From: an uncultured delta proteobacterium
GTDB lineage: Bacteria > Desulfobacterota > Desulfobacteria > Desulfobacterales > QNYZ01
NCBI GenBank assembly: GCA_963845145.1
Contig: CAWJQU010000005.1
Span: 1,152,001-1,216,000, forward strand
DNA length: 64,000 nucleotides
Reading direction: 5' to 3'
This document shows, piece after piece, positions 40,781 to 51,162 of the stretch (position 1 is the first letter of the stretch; every line of letters starts with the position of its first letter). A model generated the notes under the pieces. That model was not told where the DNA came from and did not search any database. It worked only from the letters and a program-made list of their open reading frames with translations. The translations under genes and the position numbers were made by a program.

Positions 40781-41409
40781 TGGACTATTCGGTTTATCTG
40801 GTGACCGATCGGGGATTGGCCCGGGGAAGGAGGACCCTCGATATATTGCAGGCGGCGATTCAGGGCGGGGTATCCTGTGTTCAGTTGCGGGAAAAAGCGT
40901 GCAGCACCCGGGAATTTATTGAAGAGGCTTTGGCGATTCGTGCGCTATTGGCCGAACATAAAGTTCCCTTAATAATTAATGATCGCATTGATGTGGCCCT
41001 GGTGGTTGGCGCCGATGGCGTTCATTTGGGTCAGCAAGACATGCCCTGCCATATGGCCCGGGAACTACTGCCGGAAAATATGATTCTCGGTATTTCCGCG
41101 GAGTCGTTAAACGATGCGATCGTTGCCGAAAAAGAGGGGGCCGATTATCTGGGGATCAGCCCGATCTATGCAACCCCCACCAAGACCGACACCGCAACGC
41201 CCTTGGGGTTAGAGGGCTTGCGGGCGATTCGAGCCGAAGTGAACATTCCTTTGGTGGGCATTGGGGGATTAAATGCCCACAATGCGGCGGGGGTGATTCA
41301 TAACGGGGCGGACGGTGTGGCTGTGGTCTCGGCCATTGTGGCGGCGGAGGACGCAGCGACCGCCACCCGCAATTTGAGAGATATCGTGAGGCAGGCAAAA
41401 ATAAAATGA
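40777..41409 (+). CDS. thiE: Thiamine-phosphate synthase
   Basis: VQLREK, INDRID, GVHLGQ, TPTK, IGG. Confidence 0.96.
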   Translation: MMDYSVYLVTDRGLARGRRTLDILQAAIQGGVSCVQLREKACSTREFIEEALAIRALLAEHKVPLIINDRIDVALVVGADGVHLGQQDMPCHMARELLPENMILGISAESLNDAIVAEKEGADYLGISPIYATPTKTDTATPLGLEGLRAIRAEVNIPLVGIGGLNAHNAAGVIHNGADGVAVVSAIVAAEDAATATRNLRDIVRQAKIK

Positions 41410-42410
41410 AAATTAAAGAGATCGGCGAGTTCGGTTTTATCGACAGAATCCGCAACGGGTGCCTCATTCGTCCCGACGGCGTAGTCCAGGCCATCGGGGA
41501 CGATGCGGCCGCCTTTCAAATGCCGGTGGACAAACTCACCTTGGTAACCACCGACCTTCTGGTGGAAAGGGTGCACTTCCTACGGGACGCCACGACCGGA
41601 TTTAATTTGGGTTACAAGGCCCTGGCCGTCAATTTAAGTGACATCGCTGCCATGGGGGGCGAGGCCCGGGAAGCGTTCATCAGTATTGCCGTACCCGGCG
41701 ATTGTGATTTGGCTTTCCTGGAGGATATGTATCGGGGAATACGTCATCTCGCCAAACAACATCAGGTCAATTTGCTCGGCGGCGATACCACCCGATCAAC
41801 AACCGACCTGGTCATCAACATCGGGGTTGTGGGGAGTGTGCCCGCGAAACAGATGCTAACCCGCGATGCAGCCAAACCGGGCGATCGTATTTTTACAACC
41901 GGTTATTTGGGGGATAGTCGGGCCGGACTGCACATACTTCTCAATGGTATCGATGCTGAAAACCCATCTTATCAAGCCCTTCTGGAAGCTCACCTGCGGC
42001 CATACCCTTATCTGGAAGAGGGGCGGTTTTTAGCGGCTCATCCCGGCGTGCATGCCGCCATCGATGTGAGCGACGGCACCCTGTCCGATTTGGGGCATAT
42101 CCTTGGGGCCAGTCGCGTTGGAGGCCGGTTGTGGTCTACACAGATTCCCTTCTCCTCACCGTTGGAACAATTCGCCGCCGATTTCGGTTTTGATGCCGTG
42201 GACTATGCCCTTGTCGGTGGCGAAGATTACACCCTGGTGGTGACCGTTGCGGCCGATCAGGCCCAAAACATCCAACAGATGTATGCAAAACAATTTGATA
42301 AGCCTCTTTTTGAAATCGGCGAGATAACCGACAGCACCGGTTTGGCGCTGGTGGACGCGGTCGGTGGGGTCAAATCGGTAAAGTCTGAAGGGTGGGACCA
42401 TTTTAAATAG
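41406..42410 (+). CDS. thiL: Thiamine-monophosphate kinase
   Basis: GEFGFI, IGDDAA, NLSDIAAMGG, GGDT, IDVSDG, GGEDY. Confidence 0.96.
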   Translation: MKIKEIGEFGFIDRIRNGCLIRPDGVVQAIGDDAAAFQMPVDKLTLVTTDLLVERVHFLRDATTGFNLGYKALAVNLSDIAAMGGEAREAFISIAVPGDCDLAFLEDMYRGIRHLAKQHQVNLLGGDTTRSTTDLVINIGVVGSVPAKQMLTRDAAKPGDRIFTTGYLGDSRAGLHILLNGIDAENPSYQALLEAHLRPYPYLEEGRFLAAHPGVHAAIDVSDGTLSDLGHILGASRVGGRLWSTQIPFSSPLEQFAADFGFDAVDYALVGGEDYTLVVTVAADQAQNIQQMYAKQFDKPLFEIGEITDSTGLALVDAVGGVKSVKSEGWDHFK

Positions 42411-42420
42411 GAAAAAACCA

Positions 42421-43290
42421 ATGAACGCCAAATCATCAGCATTAAAAAGGAAAGAGTCCAGCTTAAAGAGGAAAAAGCCCAGGAAAACCTATCGTCGGGT
42501 ATTAACCATCGCCGGATCCGATAGTGGTGGCGGGGCCGGAATTCAAGCGGATTTGAAAACCTTTGCAGCCAATTCGTGTTACGGCTTTTCGGTGCTCACC
42601 GCGCTGACGGCTCAAAATACGCAAGGCGTAACGGCGATCCATGCGGTGCCGGTTGAATTCGTCGATGCCCAACTGGATGCCGTTTTGACCGATATCGGTA
42701 CGGACGCCATTAAGATAGGGATGCTCTTTTCAGCGCCCTTGATTGAAACAGTGGCCCGCCAACTGAGGAAGAAAACGGCATATAATATTGTCCTGGACCC
42801 CGTTATGGTGGCCCAAAGCGGGGATAAACTGCTACAAGACGACGCCATTGAGGCCATCAAAAAACACCTGATCCCCATGGCCGACGTGATTACCCCCAAT
42901 CTGCCCGAAGCGGAAGTTTTGTGGGGAAAGAAGATCGATAGCCCCGCGCATATGGCCGAGGCCGCCCGTGACCTGGCGCGTCTTGGATGCCGGGCGGTGC
43001 TGGTCAAGGGGGGACATCTGACAGACAATGTCAGCACCGATTATCTTTACCTCAAATCCAGCGACAGGGTTATTGAACTGTCCGGTGAACCGGTGGTAAC
43101 GACCAACAACCACGGCACTGGTTGCACCCTCTCCTCTGCCATTGCCGCCCAATTGGCCCATGGACATGACATTCAAACTGCTGTTGAAAAAGCCAAACAA
43201 TACATTACCGGTGCCATAAAAAACGGTGCCGATTACGTTTTGGGAAAAGGCCATGGCCCCGTGCATCACTTTTATCGTTACTGGGCCTGA
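42421..43290 (+). CDS. thiD: HMP / HMP-phosphate kinase
   Basis: IAGSDSGGGAGIQADLKT, TPNLPEA, KGGH, HGTGCTLSSA. Confidence 0.97.
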   Translation: MNAKSSALKRKESSLKRKKPRKTYRRVLTIAGSDSGGGAGIQADLKTFAANSCYGFSVLTALTAQNTQGVTAIHAVPVEFVDAQLDAVLTDIGTDAIKIGMLFSAPLIETVARQLRKKTAYNIVLDPVMVAQSGDKLLQDDAIEAIKKHLIPMADVITPNLPEAEVLWGKKIDSPAHMAEAARDLARLGCRAVLVKGGHLTDNVSTDYLYLKSSDRVIELSGEPVVTTNNHGTGCTLSSAIAAQLAHGHDIQTAVEKAKQYITGAIKNGADYVLGKGHGPVHHFYRYWA

Positions 43291-43296
43291 TCGGTT

Positions 43297-44121
43297 ATGG
43301 TGATTCCCCTCGACCAAAGGGCCGACACATCCAAAATATCCTCATCTTTAGAGCGGATAACCTCTTTAGATCAACCAACGGCAGCCACCGCACCGGAAAT
43401 TTGCCTGAAGAAGGTCGGCTTTGAATACGCTGGCAAGCCATTGTTCAAGGACTTTAACTTCACCGTTACCGCCGGACAATGGACATGTTTGTTAGGCCCC
43501 AGCGGATGCGGAAAATCAACTCTGCTGGACCTGATATCAGGCGGTTTGAAGCATAAGATCGCGGGGCAGGTTCAATTTGGCGGACACACTCGCCCCCAGG
43601 GCCAAATTGCCTGGATGGCGCAAAAGGATTTGCTGCTCCCCTGGCTGACAGTTATGGATAACGTCTTGTTGGGGGCGCGCTTGCGCCATACTTTGGATCG
43701 CAAACAACGGCAACAGGCCTTAGGTCTATTGCAAAAGGTAGGTCTTGGCGATAACGGCGAAGACTACCCGGATTCACTATCCGGCGGCATGCGTCAGCGG
43801 GTGGCCTTGCTGCGTACGTTTATGGAGGGGCGTCAGATTATTTTAATGGATGAGCCTTTTTCCGCTCTGGATGCGCTGACCCGCCTTAAACTCCAGCGTC
43901 TGGCCGCTCAATTACTTCAGGGGGCGACGGTGCTGCTGGTGACCCATGATCCCTGGGAAGCGCTACGACTGGGGCACCGCATTTTTATTATGCAAGGATG
44001 TCCGGTTCGCTTGAGCCGTGCTTTTGTGCCTCCAGGCGACCCACCCCGCCCACCCGGCCAGGAAAAAAGTGCCTCCATGTACCAGGCGTTGCTGGCCCAA
44101 TTGGAAGATAAGGAGATTTAA
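43297..44121 (+). CDS. ABC ATPase (ThiZ-like, HMP precursor uptake)
   Basis: GPSGCGKS, LSGGMRQR, MDEPFSALD. Confidence 0.9.
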   Translation: MVIPLDQRADTSKISSSLERITSLDQPTAATAPEICLKKVGFEYAGKPLFKDFNFTVTAGQWTCLLGPSGCGKSTLLDLISGGLKHKIAGQVQFGGHTRPQGQIAWMAQKDLLLPWLTVMDNVLLGARLRHTLDRKQRQQALGLLQKVGLGDNGEDYPDSLSGGMRQRVALLRTFMEGRQIILMDEPFSALDALTRLKLQRLAAQLLQGATVLLVTHDPWEALRLGHRIFIMQGCPVRLSRAFVPPGDPPRPPGQEKSASMYQALLAQLEDKEI

Positions 44122-44858
44122 TGCCCGCTGTGCGAATCAGCCTCATCGGGATGGGCTTGATTGTTTTTTGGCAGGTCATTGTTTGGGTGACGGCTGTGCC
44201 CCCTTACATTCTGCCGCCGCCCCTGTCTGTCGCAAAGGCGGTGGTGGGAAATGGGCCGGAATTGTTACGACATGCCGGTGTCACCCTGATTGAGATATTG
44301 GCGGGACTGGTAATTGGGACCATGCTTGGCGCCATTAGTGCACTGCTATTGTTAATCTCCCGCAACATTAAGCAGTGGCTGATGCCCGTGTTGGTTATCA
44401 GCCAGGCCATTCCGGTTTTCGCATTGGCCCCACTGTTGGTTTTGTGGTTGGGCTATGGGTTGGGTTCCAAAATTGCGATGGCCGTTTTGATTATATTTTT
44501 TCCCATAACCGCAACCTTTTATGATGGGTTGCGCCGCACCGAGCGTCAATGGCTGGCGTTGGCCCGGGTGATGGATGCTCCGTCACGGGCGGTCTTGTTT
44601 CAAATTCAAATCCCCGCGGCGCTGCCGACCCTGGCTTCCGGATTACGGGTGGCCACAGCGGTGGCACCCATTGGTGCGGTGGTGGGTGAATGGGTCGGCT
44701 CCAGTGCCGGCCTGGGTTACTACATGTTGCATGCCAATGCCCGGATGCAGATCGATACGATGTTCGCCGCTTTGGTGGTTTTGGCGGCTTTGGCGTTGGT
44801 CCTCTATTTTGTGGTGGATGTTGGTTTGCAGAGACTGATCTTCTGGCCATCAAATTAA
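44121..44858 (+). CDS. ABC permease (ThiX-like)
   Basis: ILPPP, QAIPVFALAP, GAVVGEW. Confidence 0.9.
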   Translation: MPAVRISLIGMGLIVFWQVIVWVTAVPPYILPPPLSVAKAVVGNGPELLRHAGVTLIEILAGLVIGTMLGAISALLLLISRNIKQWLMPVLVISQAIPVFALAPLLVLWLGYGLGSKIAMAVLIIFFPITATFYDGLRRTERQWLALARVMDAPSRAVLFQIQIPAALPTLASGLRVATAVAPIGAVVGEWVGSSAGLGYYMLHANARMQIDTMFAALVVLAALALVLYFVVDVGLQRLIFWPSN

Positions 44859-44870
44859 AAAGGAGATATT

Positions 44871-45824
44871 ATGAAAAAAGCCATAACCGTTTTATTCGTC
44901 TGTTTCACCCTGTTTTGGGTTGCCGCTCCGGCCTCGGCCGCCAAGCTTACCGAACTAAATGTCATGTTGGATTGGTTCGTCAATCCGGATCATGGTCCCC
45001 TATTCGTCGCCCTGGAAAAGGGGTTTTTTGAAGATCGTGGCCTGAAAGTCAAATTCACTGCCCCTGCCAATCCTAATGACCCGCCTAAATTGGTGGCGGC
45101 CGGAAAATTTGATCTGGCGGTTTCCTACCAGCACCAGCACCACCTGCAAGTGGATCAGGGATTGCCCCTGGTGCGCGTGGCCACGCTGATCGCAACGCCT
45201 CTGAATGCCTTGGTGGTTTTGGATGACGGTCCGATACAATCCCTTTCTGACTTGAAGGGGAAAACCATCGGCTATTCCATCGGCGGTTTTGAGACTGTAT
45301 TGTTGAAGGTGATGCTGGCCAAACAGGGGTTGACGTTAAAAGACGTAAAGCTGGTAAACGTCAATTTTTCGTTATCGCCGTCACTGTTTACGGGCCAGGT
45401 CCACGCCGTGATTGGGGCCTTTCGCAATTTCGAATTGAACCAGATGGAAATCGCCAAAAAGCCCGGTCGTGCGTTTTTCGTTGAAGAACACGGCATTCCG
45501 CCTTACGATGAGTTGATCCTGGTTGCCCATCGCAACCGGATTAAGGATAGCGCTATAAAACATTTTGTGGACGCGCTTGAAGCCGGGGTCCAATTTATGG
45601 TCAACCATCCCGATAAAGCATGGCAACTGTTTATCCGGGGACGAAAAGATCTTGATGACGAGCTCAATCGCCGGGCCTGGAAGGATACATTGTCTCGTTT
45701 TGCCCTGCGGCCGGGCGCGTTGGACCACAATCGCTACTTGCGCTTTTCCCACTTCTTGAAAGACAATGGGATGATTGATCGGGTTTTACCTGTGGCAAGC
45801 TTGGCCGTCGAGTTAGTGGAATAG
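44871..45824 (+). CDS. ABC substrate-binding protein (ThiY/NMT1-like)
   Basis: LDWFVNPDH, GAFRNFE, YDEL; TPP operon context. Confidence 0.9.
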   Translation: MKKAITVLFVCFTLFWVAAPASAAKLTELNVMLDWFVNPDHGPLFVALEKGFFEDRGLKVKFTAPANPNDPPKLVAAGKFDLAVSYQHQHHLQVDQGLPLVRVATLIATPLNALVVLDDGPIQSLSDLKGKTIGYSIGGFETVLLKVMLAKQGLTLKDVKLVNVNFSLSPSLFTGQVHAVIGAFRNFELNQMEIAKKPGRAFFVEEHGIPPYDELILVAHRNRIKDSAIKHFVDALEAGVQFMVNHPDKAWQLFIRGRKDLDDELNRRAWKDTLSRFALRPGALDHNRYLRFSHFLKDNGMIDRVLPVASLAVELVE

Positions 45825-45846
45825 TGGATATAGCCGGAGTATTTAG

Positions 45847-46353
45847 ATGGGTACCAAAACGATCGTTATTGGGGTTGGCCTTGTCGTGGCCGCAATCATG
45901 GCTTTTTTCTTGTTTTCTTCAAGTGAAGAGGATCGAATAAAAGTACCGTTCAAACGAATCGCGGAGACCATCAGCAAAAAACCAGACGAAAACCAGATTA
46001 GCGCCATGGCCAAGATCAGACGATTAAAGGATGTATTTGCCCCGAGGTGCCGGGTGGATGCGCCGGTTTATGGATTAGACCAAGAGATGGCCTTCGACGA
46101 GATTGCCGCATTTATGTTTCGAGAGCGTTCTCAGTATAGGCAAATCACGCTGAAGTTTCATCGTTTTACCATTAAATTTCCGAATGAGAATCAAGCCGTG
46201 GTAAATGTCACGGTCGGTTTTGCGGGCGAATCGACGGCTGGAGTTATGACCGAGGATTACCATGTGTTGATGTGTAATCTGATTAAACCGAACGATACCT
46301 GGCAATTAAAACAAATCAACGTTGTGGAAGTGCTCGAAACTTCAGGCAATTAA
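45847..46353 (+). CDS. Hypothetical membrane-anchored protein (possibly NTF2-like fold)
   Basis: N-terminal TM helix; RBS GGAG. Confidence 0.65.
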   Translation: MGTKTIVIGVGLVVAAIMAFFLFSSSEEDRIKVPFKRIAETISKKPDENQISAMAKIRRLKDVFAPRCRVDAPVYGLDQEMAFDEIAAFMFRERSQYRQITLKFHRFTIKFPNENQAVVNVTVGFAGESTAGVMTEDYHVLMCNLIKPNDTWQLKQINVVEVLETSGN

Positions 46354-46452
46354 TTTCATAGCAAATTGATTCATGACGATTGACACATCGGGGGCCTGGT
46401 GATATCTTTTCATTCAGCGTTCATTACGGACGGATACCGTTTGGAGAAAAAG

Positions 46453-46866
46453 ATGGCCGATGTCATCCCCATAGATAATCGGCTGCAGTTGGCCGAAAAT
46501 AAAAAAAAGGAAATCATTCGAAAGCGCAAGGTGTTGGCTGTTCGGAAGATTTTCCAGTGTTCGCGATGTGCCTTCAAGTGCGATAAATGCGGCACCCAGA
46601 TGAGTGACGCCCAGCTAAAAAAGGCTGACCAACACCCGACCCCCGACGTTCCCTATCGTTTTTGCGAAAGCTGTGTGGAAGAATATAACGATTACATGGA
46701 GCGGCAAAACGGCGGCGGTGATGTCGCGTATTACTGGCATAACGACGCTTGGTCAGATGAGTGGCGCCTTTGGATTGACCACCAGAAAGCGGTAGATCGG
46801 TATTTAAAATCCAGGGAGTTTAACCAACTCCTCGATGAAATTAGACAAATCCATCCGGAAGGGTAG
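46453..46866 (+). CDS. Hypothetical Cys-rich (putative Zn-binding) protein
   Basis: [12 protein letters not shown]...FCESC; RBS GGAG. Confidence 0.7.
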   Translation: MADVIPIDNRLQLAENKKKEIIRKRKVLAVRKIFQCSRCAFKCDKCGTQMSDAQLKKADQHPTPDVPYRFCESCVEEYNDYMERQNGGGDVAYYWHNDAWSDEWRLWIDHQKAVDRYLKSREFNQLLDEIRQIHPEG

Positions 46867-46874
46867 GAGGATCC

Positions 46875-47063
46875 ATGTTTGGACTTGGACCAACGGAATT
46901 AATCATTATCCTTGTAATTATTCTGATCATTTTTGGTGCCGGTAAACTGCCTGAAATCGGCGGTGGTATGGGCAAAGCGATCCGAAATTTTAAAAAAGGC
47001 GTGTCGGATCCCGATAAAAAACCCACCGATCCGGAACAAATTGATAAACAGGATAGTGCCTAA
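46875..47063 (+). CDS. tatA: Twin-arginine translocase subunit TatA/E
   Basis: [30 protein letters not shown]. Confidence 0.96.
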   Translation: MFGLGPTELIIILVIILIIFGAGKLPEIGGGMGKAIRNFKKGVSDPDKKPTDPEQIDKQDSA

Positions 47064-47128
47064 CCGAAGTTTGATACGTTGCCGGGTCGCATGGTTAACG
47101 CTTGGGGTGGCTTCGGGGGATGGTCTTG

Positions 47129-47212
47129 CCGACCTGGATCACCCGGTCCGGAGCACCCGATCTGGATCAACCGACCTAGATTACCCGACTTAGATCACCC
47201 AATCTGGTTCAA
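47129..47212. repeat. 14-bp tandem repeat, six copies, overlapping the sbcB stop
   Basis: ccgacctggatcac / ccggtccggagcac / ccgatctggatcaa / ccgacctagattac / ccgacttagatcac / ccaatctggttcaa. Confidence 0.88.
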
Positions 47213-48641
47213 CAGGGGATGTTAAATTCAGCCTTCAGATACGTTTCTAAATTACCGAGTACCTTTATCTGATTTTCGTTCAATTCTCTTTCTTCCCTTA
47301 TAGCATCGATCTCTTTCAGTGCACCCAATGGTGTCAGGCGTTTTTGGCCCCGATAATCGACCGGCGCATTTTCCGCTTGCTTTGGATGAATACGGTTTAA
47401 ATATTGATTAAACCGGCTGTGCCATTTTCCTGAAACCCCTTTGGGAAAATTTCGGGCCATTATACGACCGGCCAATTCCCGATGGGTGGGGGTGGTCAAC
47501 TTTTCGGCCAGACGTCCCTTTGCCTTAATGTCGGCAGCATGAAATTGTCGGCAGATCTCTTCATCCTTTTTCGACATAAAGCCGATCTCGTATAGCGCGG
47601 CATCGGCATCGACATCCGGTACCACGGGATAACGATATTCCCGATGGTAACGAATGATATCGATCATCGTGTCTTCATGGGCCAGAAGCCATTCTTTATT
47701 TTCCTCAACCAGCGACCGGCGGGTATCGTCAAGTCTGTGCCAATACCGCTCAAGGGGTGGCAGAACCAGTCCCGGTTCTCCCAGTTTTTTACGGACCACC
47801 CAGGTGGTTTCGTCATAGGCGCCGGCTTGGGTTTCCCGAAGTTCGGGCCGGTCAAGCCGCAGCCAGAGAGTTTGATTGGCATAAGGGGTTGACTGGCCGA
47901 TGGAGATAACCGGTGCGAAAAACAGTGCCCCGGAACCGAATTCGCCAGCTACCATCAAGCCCAGCCGATGGGGTCCGGCCGAAGTTTGAAACGCGACCGG
48001 CAAGGCATCGATCCGTTCTTGATCCACGGATTTATCAAAGTATCCGGTGACGTAGTGCCACATCTCTTCCTCTTTGGCCAACTGTTGCGCGAGGGACAGA
48101 CTGGCCATGGTGTCCACCATGGCATCGTGGGCCGGACCCTTGGGATAAATCATTGAGCGCACTTAAATCTTCCAGCTTGAGAGATGGCTTATCATTTTTT
48201 TTCGGCCATCTGAGCACATCGGGTTTAAACAGATAATAGAGGATGGTGGCAGGAAATAGATCCATGCGGACGACATCCCTGATGAAATTGATGGGTGTAG
48301 GGCGGCAACAGGTTACGGTAAAAGGAAAACCGCAAAAATTCATCATCGAATCCAAGCGTGTTGTATCCAAGGCTGATGGTTCCCGGACGATTGAGCAAAC
48401 GATGGATTTCGGTGATGGCTTCCAGTTCCGGTAGGCCGCCATCGACTGCGGTAAAATCAATGCCATGGACAATCATGGCCTCGGGGGATGGAATCACATC
48501 TCGTCGCAGGGAAACATTGATGGAATGACGTTCCAGTTCATTAAACGCCAAATCCGTGCGGATAGAGGAAAACTGAAGCACCTGGTCAAAGGCGCGATTT
48601 AAGCCTGTGGTTTCGAGATCGTAGAATAGGTAGGTGTTCAT
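47209..48641 (-). pseudogene. sbcB: Exodeoxyribonuclease I split by two frameshifts (~48270 and ~48138)
   Basis: FYDLETTG...GYN..FDDEFLR..FYRNL / RMD...WP...KPSLKLEDL / AHDAMVD lie in three frames. Confidence 0.85.
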
Positions 48642-48644
48642 ATC

Positions 48645-48857
48645 CGTTTGCCGGTTAGCCCGTTAGTTGGTTAGCCTGTCTGCCGGTGATGCCGCGGATG
48701 GGTTTCCGAGCAGACGCGTTTAATTAAGATGCATTCAACCTTCATGATTTTTACTTTATGGGACCTGGAGGACGAAGTCAAAAGGCTTTAGCCGGTTGGT
48801 CTCTTTGCGGTTTCCTTGCTAAAGATCAGTAAACCGGCCAACCGGCTGACCGACTCG
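48645..48857. repeat. Two inverted clusters of 8-bp repeats bounding the recQ-sbcB spacer
   Basis: Left (+): ccggttag cccgttag ttggttag; right (-): tcggtcag ccggttgg ccggttta. Confidence 0.5.
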
Positions 48858-51068
48858 CTAGCCCGCTGGGTCGTCGGCCATCAGACTGTTTTGAATGATA
48901 AAAATCAATCTCAGGGCCGCGAGATCGGTATAGTCGACGTCGCCGGATAGTGCATCAAAGACAGGTTTCAGACGTTGAATGCCCTGGTTTTCAAAAAGAG
49001 CAAGGATGGTTTCGGTTTGTTTTTTGGATAGGGTGTGACGAATCCCATCGGGATTTGATTCCAGGGCGTTGTCCTCGCACCAATATCGAAATAGATGGTC
49101 GAGAACCGTTTTTCGTTTAACGGCGAACATTTCCATCAGCTCAACGACGGAACGGCCGGAATTAAAGGTCTCCCCGACGACCTGATGGCGCTTCTTCTTA
49201 TTCGAATCAGGTGGTTTTCTAACCGGTGTTACCGTTGGTTTGGTTGCCTCGGGAATCGTTCGTTTTTGACAATAGGCCGCAATGGTGTCGATAAACGCCG
49301 GGCCATAGGTGGATAGCTTGGCTGCGCCAACACCGTGGATCTGAATCAATCCGGCCTTGGTTTGGGGATAATAGGCAGCCATTTCCATCAGCGTTTTATC
49401 GGCAAAAACGACATAGGGCGGAACGTTTTCGTTATCGGCGATTTCTTTTCGTTTCACTTTAAGGCGTTCAAACAGATCCCGATCATAGTCGGATATCGTG
49501 CTTTTTTGGACACGGGTGGTATTCGACGTATCGATCTTTTCCTGATTGTCATTTTCCAGCCAGCCCCATACCTTCTTTTTTCCCTTCAACACATCCCAGG
49601 CGTCGGGGCTCAGTTGAAATCCGCCGAACTCCATGTCTTCAACCAGCAAGCCCAGATGGAGAAACTGCCGGGAGAGTGTCAGCCATTGGTTTTTAGATAT
49701 ATCGCGGCCGATGTTATAGGTGGATAGCTGGTCGTGTTGAAACTGAAGAACCCTTTGGTTTTTAGAGCCTCGCAACACATTGATGAGATGGGCGGCCCCA
49801 AAGCGTTCACCGGTGCGGTAAACACATGAGAGAAACTTCTGGGCCAAGACCGTAATGTCCATCTGATCCTTAGCGTCACCCACACAATTATCGCAATAGC
49901 CGCATGTTTCGAAATCAGGCGTTTCACCGAAATATTGCAACAGTGGAACCCGCCGACAACCGCGCCATTCAGCGAACCGTAAAAAGGCGTTTAAATGGAT
50001 ATTGGCAGCGCGACGCTCGTCGGGCGCTTTTTGCCCAATGAAATGTTTGATCTTGTAAACATCGGCATAACTGAAAAGCAGCAGGCAGTCGGCCGGCAGG
50101 CCGTCACGTCCGGCTCGTCCGATTTCCTGATAGTAACTTTCGATATTTTTAGGCATATCAAAATGGATGACGAAACGAACATCGGGTTTGTCGATGCCCA
50201 TACCAAAAGCGATGGTAGCCACAATGATGTGGACATCGTCACGAATGAAACGCTCCTGATTGGTTTTGCGGGTGATGTCCGACAAACCGGCATGGTAAGG
50301 CAGGGCTTTGACCCCATCGGCTTGAAGGGCGGAGGCCAAATCATCGACCTGTTGCCGGGTGGCGCAGTAAATAATGCCGGTCTGGTTGGGAAACTTTCTG
50401 ATCTTTCGCCGAATGCCGGCCATGGTGTCATTTTTGGGAACAATTTGTAAAAAAAGATTTTTCCGATCGAAGCTTCCAATAAATGTATCCGTCTGCCTGA
50501 ATTTCAGGGTGGCCTGAATGTCTGCGCGCACATGCGGCGTCGCTGTGGCGGTGAAGGCCGCACATACTGCCCGTGGAAATTGCTTTCGAATCCGGGCCAA
50601 TTGGCGGTATTCGGGTCGAAAATCATGCCCCCACTCCGAAATGCAATGGGCCTCATCGATGGCGATGCAATCCAGCGGGGTGCCGGCCAACAGATCCATG
50701 GTCCTTTTCATCAGCAGGGTTTCCGGCGCCACGTATAACAACCGCACGGAACCGGACTTGATTTGGGCCACGTTGTGGCGATAGATGTTCGGCTCGAGGG
50801 CGCTGTTTAGCATCACCGCCGGGACGCCTGCACGCTTCATCTGCTCCACCTGATCTTTCATCAGCGCGATCAAGGGCGAGATCACGACGGTGAGGCCGGA
50901 AAAGAGCAAGGCCGGTATTTGATAACAAAGGGATTTCCCGCCGCCGGTGGGCAGGATGACGAGGGTATCCTTTTTGCCAAGAATATTGCCGATGACTTCA
51001 GCCTGGAGCGGTCGAAAATCATCGAATCCAAAAACGTTTTTAAGGATGGTGCGGGCCGGGTCAACCAT
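48858..51068 (-). CDS. recQ: DNA helicase RecQ
   Basis: PTGGGKSLCYQ, DEAHCISEWGHDFRPEY, QEIGRAGRDG; RQC Zn motif and HRDC. Confidence 0.97.
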   Translation of the reverse strand: MVDPARTILKNVFGFDDFRPLQAEVIGNILGKKDTLVILPTGGGKSLCYQIPALLFSGLTVVISPLIALMKDQVEQMKRAGVPAVMLNSALEPNIYRHNVAQIKSGSVRLLYVAPETLLMKRTMDLLAGTPLDCIAIDEAHCISEWGHDFRPEYRQLARIRKQFPRAVCAAFTATATPHVRADIQATLKFRQTDTFIGSFDRKNLFLQIVPKNDTMAGIRRKIRKFPNQTGIIYCATRQQVDDLASALQADGVKALPYHAGLSDITRKTNQERFIRDDVHIIVATIAFGMGIDKPDVRFVIHFDMPKNIESYYQEIGRAGRDGLPADCLLLFSYADVYKIKHFIGQKAPDERRAANIHLNAFLRFAEWRGCRRVPLLQYFGETPDFETCGYCDNCVGDAKDQMDITVLAQKFLSCVYRTGERFGAAHLINVLRGSKNQRVLQFQHDQLSTYNIGRDISKNQWLTLSRQFLHLGLLVEDMEFGGFQLSPDAWDVLKGKKKVWGWLENDNQEKIDTSNTTRVQKSTISDYDRDLFERLKVKRKEIADNENVPPYVVFADKTLMEMAAYYPQTKAGLIQIHGVGAAKLSTYGPAFIDTIAAYCQKRTIPEATKPTVTPVRKPPDSNKKKRHQVVGETFNSGRSVVELMEMFAVKRKTVLDHLFRYWCEDNALESNPDGIRHTLSKKQTETILALFENQGIQRLKPVFDALSGDVDYTDLAALRLIFIIQNSLMADDPAG

Positions 51069-51162
51069 GTCTGGTGTCAGTGTCCTATGAAGATCTGAGA
51101 TATTAAGAGCTTATAAAGGTATTGGGTGATTTCATGCAAATAGTCGCTACCATTACCCGGTT

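Noticed and set aside
47129..47212. CRISPR array (also considered for 24942-25037 and 12296-12370)
   Set aside because: Units are 14-16 bp, contiguous, without unique spacers, and there are no cas genes
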